A DNA stretch of 64,000 bases from a virus, in IMG/VR virus record IMGVR_UViG_3300020446_000006, positions 1-64,000 of that record. One strand, given 5' to 3'. A program made the translations under genes and the position numbers. How positions within the stretch are numbered: the stretch's first letter is position 1; each line of letters opens with the position of its first letter. Shown in pieces: positions 18,916-28,668 of this stretch. Below the pieces are notes generated by a model. That model saw nothing but the letters and a program-made list of their open reading frames with translations. It did no database searches and had not been told where the DNA came from.

Positions 18916-20817
18916 TTACGCTGAGTCATACAATTTATTTAGAACGCCGTTATAATACGGACTTGAAGCCACTCCAATATCTGTAATGAATTTAGCTTTA
19001 CCTATGTATCCAATTGGTACATAACCATGTGCATACGAAGTATTCTGACTGCCTTCAACCCAGTTACGAGCTAAGAACGGTCCGCTCGAAGAATCTTGAC
19101 TGTAGAACATTCCTACCCCACCGACGCCACTTCTTCCTGATGTTTTATAATTGGTATCACTAGGAGCTCCAATAAAAACTACATTGCCTTGACCGTTTAT
19201 ACAAACTGTAGTTCCAAAATACATACCTTCTGCCTTATAGTCATAGTTCTGAGAGGATGGATCACCAATGCCCTCAAACTCAACCGGATGTAAAGTCTGA
19301 AAATGATTCCATGTTGTACCCGTTCTTTTATAAATCAGTGCAGCTCCTTGTATGTAATTAGAAGTTGAATATCTACTACGAGGAAAGCCACCGATTATGA
19401 GTGTGTTACCATCATCACTTATTCCGATATCGTGTCCCCACTGTACGGGGTTTGCATCAACGCCATTCGGTACTCGATTCCAGTTACTATTATGAGCAGC
19501 AACAGCTTGAGTAGTAAAGACATTATCCCAATCACTGACTAGTGGTTGAATTGATGCCTGAATTTCAAACTCATCTGAACCTGCACTATCTCTTGTATAT
19601 ACATGAACTTTACCGTATGTTGACGCTGAAAAAGGTGAAGGACCTTCTGCATTCCTTTCACCAACAGCTAGAGTTAATCCGTCTTCTGTCATTGCCAATG
19701 CATTTCCAAATTGATTATTTGATCCTGATTGAGGAGATGGAAATTGTTGGACTTCTGTCCATGTATCTGCTCCATCGTCTCTACGATAAAAAGATACTAC
19801 TCCAGATACACCACCATTTTGGCCGTCCTGTGCCTGACCCAGAATGACAATATCTCCAGAGGAATCACATGCAAGTGGAGCTCCATATGAGTACGAGAAA
19901 TTACCGCTGGAATTTGCTGGTGTAGAAAATGCACTGCTAGCCAGACCTGTCAATGACGATCCATTAATTTTCCAAGCATATGGTTTATTGTAAGTTGTGG
20001 CAGATGTAGCTGTATAATTGGCAAAAATATAATTACGGCTACATGCCATAGCACCGTAAGCTGTTCCATAGTATTGATCTGTTCTGCCAGAAACGTCGTT
20101 GATGCTATGATAACTTCGGTATGTCCAAATACCATTAACGAGCTGATACCAGCCGAAGGCTCCATATTGTTGTGGATTATAACTATTACCGATCATCATC
20201 ACGCCAGCAGATCTACACACTGCATAATTTGTACCACACTGATTGGTATGACCTCCTGCACCTAAGTCGGTTTCTTGTATTGTTTCATAAGTTGGTCCAC
20301 CAGTACCAAAAAGAAGTCTTAGTGTTCTTTGCGAAGATGCAATCGACTGTCCATCAGAAACTCTAAAAGTCAACTGAGAAAAGTTAGTAGTGGCAGCTGC
20401 TTGACTTTTAGGAGTGATTGTAAAGACAGAGGAATCTTGTGACACTGTACCAAGACCACCGAAATTACCGTCGGATTCTACAGAGAAAGTTAATGTAGCG
20501 CCTGAATCTGCGTCAGTCGCTGTGAGTCTGACAGTTGTCGATGTAGTATCAGTTGCAAGAATAATAATACCTTCAGGAGAAACTGAAAGAGTAGGATCTT
20601 GATTTACGACTGCCATCGGAAACCATGCATCTCCGATTGACACATAAACTTTATTTGCGTCATCTACATAAGCAAGACTACCTTCAGCTCCAGAAGAAGG
20701 AGGTAAAGAAGCTAAAGTGTTGTAAACGGTGATTCCAGCACCTCCGCCTCCACCACCGCCCGTAGCAGCATCGACTGCTGAATCAACTAAACCTCGTATT
20801 GATGTAAGTGTTGCCAT
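18916..20817 (-). CDS. Virion beta-propeller protein (paralogue 3)
   Basis: FGNALAMTEDGLTLAVGE, WGHDIGISDDGNTLIIGG and FGTTVCINGQGNVVFIGAP blades; N-terminal module closely matches 2033-4207. Confidence 0.7.
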   Translation of the reverse strand: MATLTSIRGLVDSAVDAATGGGGGGGAGITVYNTLASLPPSSGAEGSLAYVDDANKVYVSIGDAWFPMAVVNQDPTLSVSPEGIIILATDTTSTTVRLTATDADSGATLTFSVESDGNFGGLGTVSQDSSVFTITPKSQAAATTNFSQLTFRVSDGQSIASSQRTLRLLFGTGGPTYETIQETDLGAGGHTNQCGTNYAVCRSAGVMMIGNSYNPQQYGAFGWYQLVNGIWTYRSYHSINDVSGRTDQYYGTAYGAMACSRNYIFANYTATSATTYNKPYAWKINGSSLTGLASSAFSTPANSSGNFSYSYGAPLACDSSGDIVILGQAQDGQNGGVSGVVSFYRRDDGADTWTEVQQFPSPQSGSNNQFGNALAMTEDGLTLAVGERNAEGPSPFSASTYGKVHVYTRDSAGSDEFEIQASIQPLVSDWDNVFTTQAVAAHNSNWNRVPNGVDANPVQWGHDIGISDDGNTLIIGGFPRSRYSTSNYIQGAALIYKRTGTTWNHFQTLHPVEFEGIGDPSSQNYDYKAEGMYFGTTVCINGQGNVVFIGAPSDTNYKTSGRSGVGGVGMFYSQDSSSGPFLARNWVEGSQNTSYAHGYVPIGYIGKAKFITDIGVASSPYYNGVLNKLYDSA

Positions 20818-20818
20818 A

Positions 20819-23800
20819 TTAGTTCTCTGTTAATATCCAACCGTTCGAGTCATTGTAATATACAAGACCGATCGCGGCTCGGTTAATGTTAATAATTAGA
20901 TCACTATCACTGCCTAAAATCTTTTGTGTACTCTGAATAGTGATATTGTTTGTAGCAGCATTGCCATATCCATCGATAATTCTTACTTCATCACCCAATG
21001 TTGCGCCAGCTTGTAGAGTTATGACTTTACCTGACGTTTTAGTATTTACTATCTTGCGATCACCTGGCACGGCGATAAACGATGATGCAGCTTCAGTCCA
21101 TGTTAATCTTTTGTTGATAGCTGAATCTGCAATAGAATCTGCGAGCGGAGTAACCACAGATATAATTTGACTTGAATCAAGACCTGCTGTGATTGTAATT
21201 GTCTTTGTACCAGAACCATTGCCGGTTGCTACGACACCGCTTCCTACAAAATCAAGAGTAGTAGCTGAAACTGTAAGAGGCGTACCTTCATTTGAAATTG
21301 TAAATCCTGCGGCTGCTCCAAGTCGAGCAGCAACATATGCCGAATCAACAAGAGTAAACATATCATTTGAATCAAGTCCAGGTAGTGGAGAATTACCTAA
21401 AAATCTTTCAACAAGTAAAACATCACCACTATCTGCCGCTTCTGTAAGAGTTACAGAACTACTGTTTGTTGCTGTAAAATCGGATGAGCTTAGTAATAAA
21501 CCGTTTAAGTAAACTGCAATTTTTCCAGGATTATATTCTAGATTTGATCCATTATTATCTGTGCCAGAAAATGCAGTTTGACCAGGAGATGCTGTAAATT
21601 CGAATTGAGTTCTTGTTATTGGCTGTTGTATTCCAGCATCAAATACAATATCTCCAAAGGCAATGAACTGTACATCGTCTCCTGCCGCTGCAGCTTCATT
21701 TAGTGTAAATGACGAACCGTTTGATGCTGTAAAATCTGTAGGAGCAAGAAGAATACCATTAACGTATACTAATTTAGAGCCTGTGTTTGAATATACAACC
21801 TCTTTACCAGTATCATCTAATCCTACAAAATTTGTTTGACCAGAATCCGCGGTAAAGTAATAAGCATTTGCTCTATCATTTGCTGCAGTAAAGACAGAAA
21901 CAATATAAACATCCGAACTAATAGATGTTGGCGTAATTGTAATTGAATTACCATTTGCTGTAGTATAATCAGTTGAGCTAAGCAGTACACCGTTTTTATG
22001 GACTTGTACTTGATTATTACCAAATGACATGCCTTGACCGGTCAGTACTGCTGATCCCGTATATCCTGTGAACTTATATTCACGGTAATTCATTCCAGCA
22101 ATATTGTTTGATACAACATTTACAATTGAAAGAAAGTCGTCAGAATCTGCAGCAAGATTAAGAGTGATTGAAGTGTTTGTTGCAACATAGTCATTTTGCT
22201 CTGAAAGTAAAATACCATTCAAGTAAACTTCAGAAATGCCGGTTGCAAGATTTAGATTCGTACCATGATCATCTGCACCTGTGAATAAAGTTTGTCCAGA
22301 GTCTGCAGTAAATTCATATGCATTTGAGAAAAGAGTTGATCTTCCGACTCTACCAGTTGTTTCAATAACTGTTAAAGAATATCCACTATCAGCTGCTTCT
22401 GCGAGAGTAATAGAACTATCGGTAGCGGTAAAGTCTGTAGTGTCTTCGAGTAGGATACCGTTTAGATAGACTTCAATATGATCAGTTGATACTGATAGAA
22501 CGTTACCAAATTTATCACTGTCAGTAAATAAGGTCTGACCTGAATCAGCTTCATATATAAATTTTGTGACAGAAAGAACACCTCTTGTAAGATCTTCTAT
22601 TTTAGTGGCGATATAACTCGAATCAATCGTTTGATTAATAATTGTTATTGTAGCTGAAGAGTCAACACCAGATGCAGGAGTAACTGCATTATGGTCAAAA
22701 ATCTGTAATATATCGTTTGAATCTGCACCGGTTGCTAATGTAAGTGTGCTGCTATCTGTTTCAGTATAGTCATCAGTTTCTACAAGAAGAATACCGTTTA
22801 AGAAGACCTGTAAATTTGCAAGATGTTTTTCATATGATAATACAGAACCATTATCGTCTGAATCAGTAAAGACTGTTTGACCTGCCGTTGCAGTATACTT
22901 GAATCCATCAAGTGCATTAGCTGCATCTCCGCCGCTACTTCCACCAGATCCACTGGCGTTAATTGTAATTGTTTTTGTCGTACCTGTTCCACTAGCTGAA
23001 ACGCCTGATCCAACAAAGTTTAAAGTAGTAGCGGCAGTAGATAAAGAAGATCCTTCATCTTGAACTATAATAGTTGATCCGCCTCCACCTCCGCCTGAAT
23101 TTGCTTCACGCAGTGCAACATAGTCAGAATCAACTGTTGCTGTGATAAGAGCTATAGTTGCGGCTGAATCGACGCCACCGCCTCCACCTGAGATATCACT
23201 AAGTAATGCTAATGTACCACTATTGTTTGGTAGATTAATAGTTCTGTCTGCAGTTGGATTAATTGCTTGTAGTTTTACTTCATATGCATTTGACGAATCA
23301 CCTTCAAACGAAATACTAGTAATGCTGTTAATATTCTGATCAAGTTCTAATGTGACATTGTTTGCCGCGATACCAGCATTGATTTGACCGGTAGTTCCTA
23401 AGAACGTTAGCGTTTCTGTTGCGGTGTTAAATGTATGTGTTCCAGTATTAGCGGCAAGACCGAAGGTGCCTCCACCTGATGGAGCTCTTGCTGCAACATA
23501 TGCACTGTCAACTACACTTTCAACACGAGCATTTGTATAATATAGGTTCGAGCCTTCGCTAAGATTAGATGTTGTAAACCCTGTTAAATTACGAGTTTGC
23601 ACAAAGATTGCATTACCCATCAATCCGTGGTTTTGACACTGATAATGCAAGACAGACGGTGTATCGTCTGTAATTTCAATTTCTACATACGAGCCAGACT
23701 GACCAGCAGATATACCACTTGTAGTTACGTTTGTCGTATACTGATCATTTTTGCCTGCATCATAATAAAAACGTATCGGATGATTAGAATTAGTGACATT

Positions 23801-25603
23801 TGATTGGTCAAAGCGATACTTATTACCTGGAACCATCTGAATAAATGGTGATTCCATGCCATTGACTGTGTACCCAAGTGAAGAACCCTGCCCTTCATAA
23901 CGATGCCCTTGAGTTTTTGAAGCAACTAAAACGGTAAATACTGTAGCATCAGAATCATGCACATACATAATTCTTTCAAGATTCTTAATACCTTCAGTAC
24001 TAATTGTTTCGTCAAAAAGATCGAGGACCTGTGAAGAATCAAGAACACTCGGCACATTTGAGAAGTTTGTGTAATTTAGATAGTAAGTTCCATCTTGTCC
24101 ATCAAGCTCATCCGCATTAACACCTAGAGCATCAATAGTTGCTTTATCAACTGTCGGTATCGAAGGTGTGCCTTGTAGATTGTTATAGTCAAGATAATGA
24201 GAAGCACTTTCACCATTCAGTGTAAATGCGTTAATGCCGCCAACCGTCTTAATATAAGCACTATCAACCGCATCACCGCTGACACGAGCATTTACATAAG
24301 CAGAGTCGACTGTCGATTCTAAAGATAACCAAGTACCCTCAAATCCTTTATTAAATACAAACTTATCGCCTGATGCTGCATATAGTAAAGTTGCATTTGC
24401 ACCTGCAATTGTAATACCCGCACCGTCTGCAGCAGCAGCGTTTGCAGCACTGTCTGCAAGAACTAAGTTCTTATCATTAAGACTTACTGTAGTTGAATTA
24501 ATGGTTGTGGTTGTACCTTCAACTTGAAGATTACCAAGAATTTGTACCGTACCAGAATCTGTGCCGACCCGAGCCGGGTCGATAATCATATTCGCAGGCC
24601 CAGCGATATAACCACCGACTGTTAGATTTGAATCAATAGTTAGACTACCGACCATTGAATCAGATTGATCGCTGCGTAAGAATTGTGTACTGTTACGTCC
24701 ATCAAGAGTATCTGCATTTACTCCTAAGGCATCTACAAATGCTTTATCAACATCTTGAGCGATTCTATTTGATACGTCGACAAGATCAAGTACAGCAGGT
24801 ACATTTTGTAGATTATTATAATCACGGTAATAACTGCCGTGCTGTCCGTCAAGCAGATCTGCATCGATACCACCTACAGTTTTAATATAATCAGAGTCTA
24901 CAATTGCTAGCACACCAGCAGAATCTACTGATCCACCACTAGTACGAGCATTAATATAAGCAGAGTCAATAATTGCAGTAACTTGTGCAGAATCCACCGT
25001 TGATACACGAGCATTCACGTATGCAGAATCGATAAGATTAATTGCATCAACACTATCAAGGAATGGAGCCTCTGCTACACGAGCAAGTACATATGCACTA
25101 TCAACTTTATCTTCAATTACATTGTTAATTGTAATTGTGACAGTATTACCAGAATCGTTAAGAGACGCGGCAATGTCTGAGTCTGTCCTTGCTTTTGTAT
25201 AATATAAGTTCGATCCTTCTGAAAGATCTGACGTTGATTTGGCAGCAAAGTCTGTACTAAAATCTGATGTGGTATAATGATCTGCTCTTGCGTTTACATA
25301 AGCAGAGTCGATTAAACCTTCGAGATATGATAAAGGAACACGAGCTTGTACGTAGGCAGAATCAACAAGATTTGTAACTTCGGCTGAATCTAATTGAGCT
25401 AGAGCAACAACTTCAACTGCAGCTGCGATCGCTTCGACACGCGCAGAATCTACGAATGCTTTGATATTATTACCGGTATCTTTATAGTAGATCTTTCCGT
25501 CTTCGAAGTTAATAGCGAGTTCGCCATACTCCAAATCACCTGCGACTGGTACCTTCCCTGCTACGGAAGATCTTTTAAGTAATACTTTTGGTGTCGTTGC
25601 CAT
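20819..25603 (-). CDS. Long modular tail fibre (DSAYVxAR, ADxLDG and NLYYT repeats, cupredoxin-like domain, six VYLNGILL modules)
   Basis: N-terminus LKRSSVAGKVP...GELAINFEDGKIYYK as in T4-like proximal fibres; many internal repeats. ATG at 25603 follows the upstream stop at 25606. Confidence 0.8.
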   Translation of the reverse strand: MATTPKVLLKRSSVAGKVPVAGDLEYGELAINFEDGKIYYKDTGNNIKAFVDSARVEAIAAAVEVVALAQLDSAEVTNLVDSAYVQARVPLSYLEGLIDSAYVNARADHYTTSDFSTDFAAKSTSDLSEGSNLYYTKARTDSDIAASLNDSGNTVTITINNVIEDKVDSAYVLARVAEAPFLDSVDAINLIDSAYVNARVSTVDSAQVTAIIDSAYINARTSGGSVDSAGVLAIVDSDYIKTVGGIDADLLDGQHGSYYRDYNNLQNVPAVLDLVDVSNRIAQDVDKAFVDALGVNADTLDGRNSTQFLRSDQSDSMVGSLTIDSNLTVGGYIAGPANMIIDPARVGTDSGTVQILGNLQVEGTTTTINSTTVSLNDKNLVLADSAANAAAADGAGITIAGANATLLYAASGDKFVFNKGFEGTWLSLESTVDSAYVNARVSGDAVDSAYIKTVGGINAFTLNGESASHYLDYNNLQGTPSIPTVDKATIDALGVNADELDGQDGTYYLNYTNFSNVPSVLDSSQVLDLFDETISTEGIKNLERIMYVHDSDATVFTVLVASKTQGHRYEGQGSSLGYTVNGMESPFIQMVPGNKYRFDQSNVTNSNHPIRFYYDAGKNDQYTTNVTTSGISAGQSGSYVEIEITDDTPSVLHYQCQNHGLMGNAIFVQTRNLTGFTTSNLSEGSNLYYTNARVESVVDSAYVAARAPSGGGTFGLAANTGTHTFNTATETLTFLGTTGQINAGIAANNVTLELDQNINSITSISFEGDSSNAYEVKLQAINPTADRTINLPNNSGTLALLSDISGGGGGVDSAATIALITATVDSDYVALREANSGGGGGGSTIIVQDEGSSLSTAATTLNFVGSGVSASGTGTTKTITINASGSGGSSGGDAANALDGFKYTATAGQTVFTDSDDNGSVLSYEKHLANLQVFLNGILLVETDDYTETDSSTLTLATGADSNDILQIFDHNAVTPASGVDSSATITIINQTIDSSYIATKIEDLTRGVLSVTKFIYEADSGQTLFTDSDKFGNVLSVSTDHIEVYLNGILLEDTTDFTATDSSITLAEAADSGYSLTVIETTGRVGRSTLFSNAYEFTADSGQTLFTGADDHGTNLNLATGISEVYLNGILLSEQNDYVATNTSITLNLAADSDDFLSIVNVVSNNIAGMNYREYKFTGYTGSAVLTGQGMSFGNNQVQVHKNGVLLSSTDYTTANGNSITITPTSISSDVYIVSVFTAANDRANAYYFTADSGQTNFVGLDDTGKEVVYSNTGSKLVYVNGILLAPTDFTASNGSSFTLNEAAAAGDDVQFIAFGDIVFDAGIQQPITRTQFEFTASPGQTAFSGTDNNGSNLEYNPGKIAVYLNGLLLSSSDFTATNSSSVTLTEAADSGDVLLVERFLGNSPLPGLDSNDMFTLVDSAYVAARLGAAAGFTISNEGTPLTVSATTLDFVGSGVVATGNGSGTKTITITAGLDSSQIISVVTPLADSIADSAINKRLTWTEAASSFIAVPGDRKIVNTKTSGKVITLQAGATLGDEVRIIDGYGNAATNNITIQSTQKILGSDSDLIININRAAIGLVYYNDSNGWILTEN

Positions 25604-25605
25604 CT

Positions 25606-27138
25606 TTAGTAAGTCCCGCAATCAATAGTTGCTATTTCTACCTGCCCTGCTGTAACTAAGAAGTCTTGAGAATCAAATGCAGCTACGCCTAAAGCAGACG
25701 AAGTGGATGCTACTCCAGCAATTGCTCCTGTTGCAGAACTATACGATATTCCGTTTGACGCAGTCAGCGCATGCTTTGCAGCGCTATCTGCTCTTGCGTC
25801 TGTATAATATAAGTTTGAACCTTCAGGTAATTGCCCAGTATTCGCATCACCTAAGTCTGAATCAAAATTGGCCTTAGAGTAAACTTGCTCAACATCAATA
25901 CTAAATCTACCTGCAGCCGAATCATATGTAAGATCTCCAGCAGCACTGAAATGAGATCTGACTTCGGTTGCACTTGGTCCTGTAAATGTAAATCTTCCGT
26001 TTGCAGAATCATATGTTAATGATCCATCTCCACCAACATCTACAACATTTAGAGCATTTCTTACTCGCTGTGTTGTGTGATATAGATTTGAACCTTCTGT
26101 AAGATCACTAGTAGTTTTCTGTGCAAAATCAGAATCAAATCCTAAATAGCGTCCACTGAATGTTGTTGTACTAATCGTGCCAGAAACATCGATGTTCGGC
26201 GCTAAGAATGTCTTATTTGCATGCCATGCATCGTTTGACGCCTTATAAAAGATATTTGCGCCGGCTCCGACTACATGAATGCCTGCAGAATCTGCAGCCG
26301 CAGGGTTTGCTGCGCCCGATGCCAATGTAATATTTTTATCGTCAACTTCAAGAGTCGTAGAATTAATTGTAGTAGTTGTACCATCAACCTGTAAATTACC
26401 TTGAATGATTAAAGTACCGGCTGTACCTGTAGGACTTGGATCAATCGTAATATCGCCGCTTGTTGAGACAATACTATTACCGTCAATTGTAATATTATCA
26501 ACTTGAAGTGATGATAGAGCAGTAACGTTCGAGTCAAGATGTATGTCGACTCTTGTGCCGGTTACTAGGTCTTGTAGCTTAGTGTGTATGTTAGTTGCAC
26601 CATATATCTGCAACTTTTCACCCATTGTAAGAACACCGGTGCCACTAGCGGTATTTCCATCGACGTCAAGAACGTTACGAGTATCTACATAATTTTTTGT
26701 AGCAGCATCTTGTGCACTTGAAGGATCTACAACATTTGATATTGTAGAAGTACTTGCATCAATTATGCCGCTTGATGGGTTTACTGTAAGATTGCCTGTA
26801 GCAGAGATCTCATTACCGTCGATACTTACATTATCTACATTTAGTATATCAATCTTACTATTTGCATCAGTAATAATTGCACTTGATGGTTTTAACTGAC
26901 CCTTAGGATGGTCCATCATGTCTGTGTAATATTTACCGCCAATTGTATGAATCGAGTTTGCAAAGCCGTTTGGCGAATCATTTCCACCTGCACCTATGAA
27001 AAGACGATCGCCACCTGCCGAATCACCGGCAGCATGAGTATAAGCAAGTTCTCCACTTTTTAATATATTATCTGATACATTAATAGTGGCTGTAGTACTA
27101 GATTGTTTAAGAATAAATTTAATATCTGTAGAAGACAT
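25606..27138 (-). CDS. Tail fibre protein
   Basis: GELAY...IGGKYYT N-terminus, QDAATKNYVD, GNLQVDGTTTTINST, EGSNLYYT repeats, C-terminal IDCGTY. Confidence 0.75.
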   Translation of the reverse strand: MSSTDIKFILKQSSTTATINVSDNILKSGELAYTHAAGDSAGGDRLFIGAGGNDSPNGFANSIHTIGGKYYTDMMDHPKGQLKPSSAIITDANSKIDILNVDNVSIDGNEISATGNLTVNPSSGIIDASTSTISNVVDPSSAQDAATKNYVDTRNVLDVDGNTASGTGVLTMGEKLQIYGATNIHTKLQDLVTGTRVDIHLDSNVTALSSLQVDNITIDGNSIVSTSGDITIDPSPTGTAGTLIIQGNLQVDGTTTTINSTTLEVDDKNITLASGAANPAAADSAGIHVVGAGANIFYKASNDAWHANKTFLAPNIDVSGTISTTTFSGRYLGFDSDFAQKTTSDLTEGSNLYHTTQRVRNALNVVDVGGDGSLTYDSANGRFTFTGPSATEVRSHFSAAGDLTYDSAAGRFSIDVEQVYSKANFDSDLGDANTGQLPEGSNLYYTDARADSAAKHALTASNGISYSSATGAIAGVASTSSALGVAAFDSQDFLVTAGQVEIATIDCGTY

Positions 27139-27356
27139 TAGAAACTACCTCCACTCAATGTAAGAGTTTGAGGAAGAGTTGTCACTTCGAATTTACCGGT
27201 ACTGATATTAAATTGTAATATACCATCATCGACTAGAGCAGATGTATCAACATCAGTCAAGTCACCAATTGCTTGTGCTTGTGCACCGGTTACCTTACGA
27301 ACCGGAGTACCAATGGTAATTTTTCGAATGTGAGTCTGTACTGGAGGTGTTGTCAT
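27138..27356 (-). CDS. Small fibre-associated protein
   Basis: 72 aa; GDLTDVD repeat unit; C-terminal GGSF; coupled to neighbours. Confidence 0.6.
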   Translation of the reverse strand: MTTPPVQTHIRKITIGTPVRKVTGAQAQAIGDLTDVDTSALVDDGILQFNISTGKFEVTTLPQTLTLSGGSF

Positions 27357-27701
27357 TTATGTCACCGATGGGCTAACGCGTATCTTTCCTTCAAGGATTC
27401 TCTCAATTACAGTTGATCCGTTTGAATCAACATAAGAGATCTCCACATCATATACATAGTTACCAACACGAAGTGCGTCTGATTGAATGTTATTCAAGGA
27501 AAGAGTTACGATACCATCAGTGGGCTGAATAGCAACGGCAAAATCTGTAGTGTCTGCTGAATCTGAATTGTAGTTCCGCTTCATTTTAGCGGCTGCAGAA
27601 TAGTTTGTAAGATCTTTAATGTTACCCGACGGGTCAACAAGTTCTAACTGCACTGCTATGTCCGACCCCTTGTCGAACGTAAATTTCTCGTATTCTGCCA
27701 T
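27357..27701 (-). CDS. BppU-N-like virion adaptor protein
   Basis: DKGSD...DLTNYSAAAKMKRNY...GNYVYDVEI...RILEGKIRVSPSVT, a pattern common in marine T4-like phages. Confidence 0.65.
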   Translation of the reverse strand: MAEYEKFTFDKGSDIAVQLELVDPSGNIKDLTNYSAAAKMKRNYNSDSADTTDFAVAIQPTDGIVTLSLNNIQSDALRVGNYVYDVEISYVDSNGSTVIERILEGKIRVSPSVT

Positions 27702-27747
27702 TTTTCCAATCTCGATACTAAGTAACTCGACATGATAATCTTACTCT

Positions 27748-27755
27748 TATTTATA
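27748..27755 (-). promoter_or_regulatory. T4-type late promoter TATAAATA driving the fibre operon
   Basis: TATTTATA on +. Confidence 0.8.
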
Positions 27756-27773
27756 CAGAAACCCGTTTGCATG

Positions 27774-27784
27774 TATAATAAATA
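27774..27784 (+). promoter_or_regulatory. Late-type promoter AATAAATA (overlapping TATAAT) driving the enzyme cassette
   Basis: TATAATAAATA about 30 nt upstream of GTG 27814 (RBS AAGGAG); the same AATAAATA variant precedes gp20. Confidence 0.6.
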
Positions 27785-27813
27785 GTAATGCATGTCAACT
27801 CAAGGAGAAAAAA

Positions 27814-28668
27814 GTGGATAGACAAACACGTATCAAAAAGATGTTTTATGGTTGGGATGATGAAATGGATATTATGCGTGATATCCAAAAATGCCAAAGA
27901 AACTGGGATTACTCTAAAGAAGTACATCATGAAATTAGAGACTATCTATTATGGACAGCGTTAAATGCGCCATCAAAACAACATGAGGCTTATTACGATG
28001 TCTATTGGTCTACTGATCGCGACGTTATACAAGAGTGTTCTCGTTATACGTGGGGATGTACACACAGCCGAAATCCTCCTTCGACATGGAGAAATGCACA
28101 AGCAAATGCAAACATGTATATGCTTTTTGTTGCAAAAGAACCGGATACAAATCAAAACTGTAATGCAGATGGTACAGAGAAATCTAATAAATCTTCAGCT
28201 CGATGGGAAAATGCATATGTAAGTATCGGTATCGCAGTTGGATTAGTACTTAGAGCTGCCGCAAAATATGGATTCGCCACTGGTTGTAATAAAAGTCATG
28301 GCGATTTAAATGGTGATAAGTTTTGGGAAAAAAAATTAGGTATCTTAGAAGAAGTCGAAGCAGGTGAAAAAAAGATAGCATACGGTATTGGTATCGGATA
28401 TCCTAATGAACATCGACCTCGTTGGGAATCTGATGATCTTGAGTTGGCTTTAGGTGCTGGAAATGGTAGCAATTTGGCAACTGATACAAATCTTACAGAA
28501 AATGAAAAAGGTAAACCATACAGACATATTAAAATTATTAATGTCGCTGAACATGCAGGTGAAACTCTCTTAGATCCATATGGTAATAAGCACGAAATTC
28601 CTGATGTAGCTGAAATTAAAATTAATACTATGCGTAAAAGAAACATTGAGGCTATAGAAATAAAATGA
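27814..28668 (+). CDS. Nitroreductase-fold protein 1
   Basis: CQRNWD...ALNAPSKQH...YVSIGIAVG...AAKYGFATG...IGIGYP, the nitroreductase FMN-binding pattern. Confidence 0.7.
   Translation: MDRQTRIKKMFYGWDDEMDIMRDIQKCQRNWDYSKEVHHEIRDYLLWTALNAPSKQHEAYYDVYWSTDRDVIQECSRYTWGCTHSRNPPSTWRNAQANANMYMLFVAKEPDTNQNCNADGTEKSNKSSARWENAYVSIGIAVGLVLRAAAKYGFATGCNKSHGDLNGDKFWEKKLGILEEVEAGEKKIAYGIGIGYPNEHRPRWESDDLELALGAGNGSNLATDTNLTENEKGKPYRHIKIINVAEHAGETLLDPYGNKHEIPDVAEIKINTMRKRNIEAIEIK

Noticed and set aside
16766-20817. Diversity-generating retroelement acting on the propeller genes
   Set aside because: No reverse transcriptase and no near-identical TR/VR pair visible in the window.
20819-27138. DS sites as substrates of a host Bacteroidota D(S/T)(A/L/V/I/M/T) O-glycosylation system
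   Set aside because: That system acts on exported proteins, whereas virions assemble in the cytoplasm. Here DT is not enriched and the +1 residue is often D, S, G or N. The host cannot be determined from this window.
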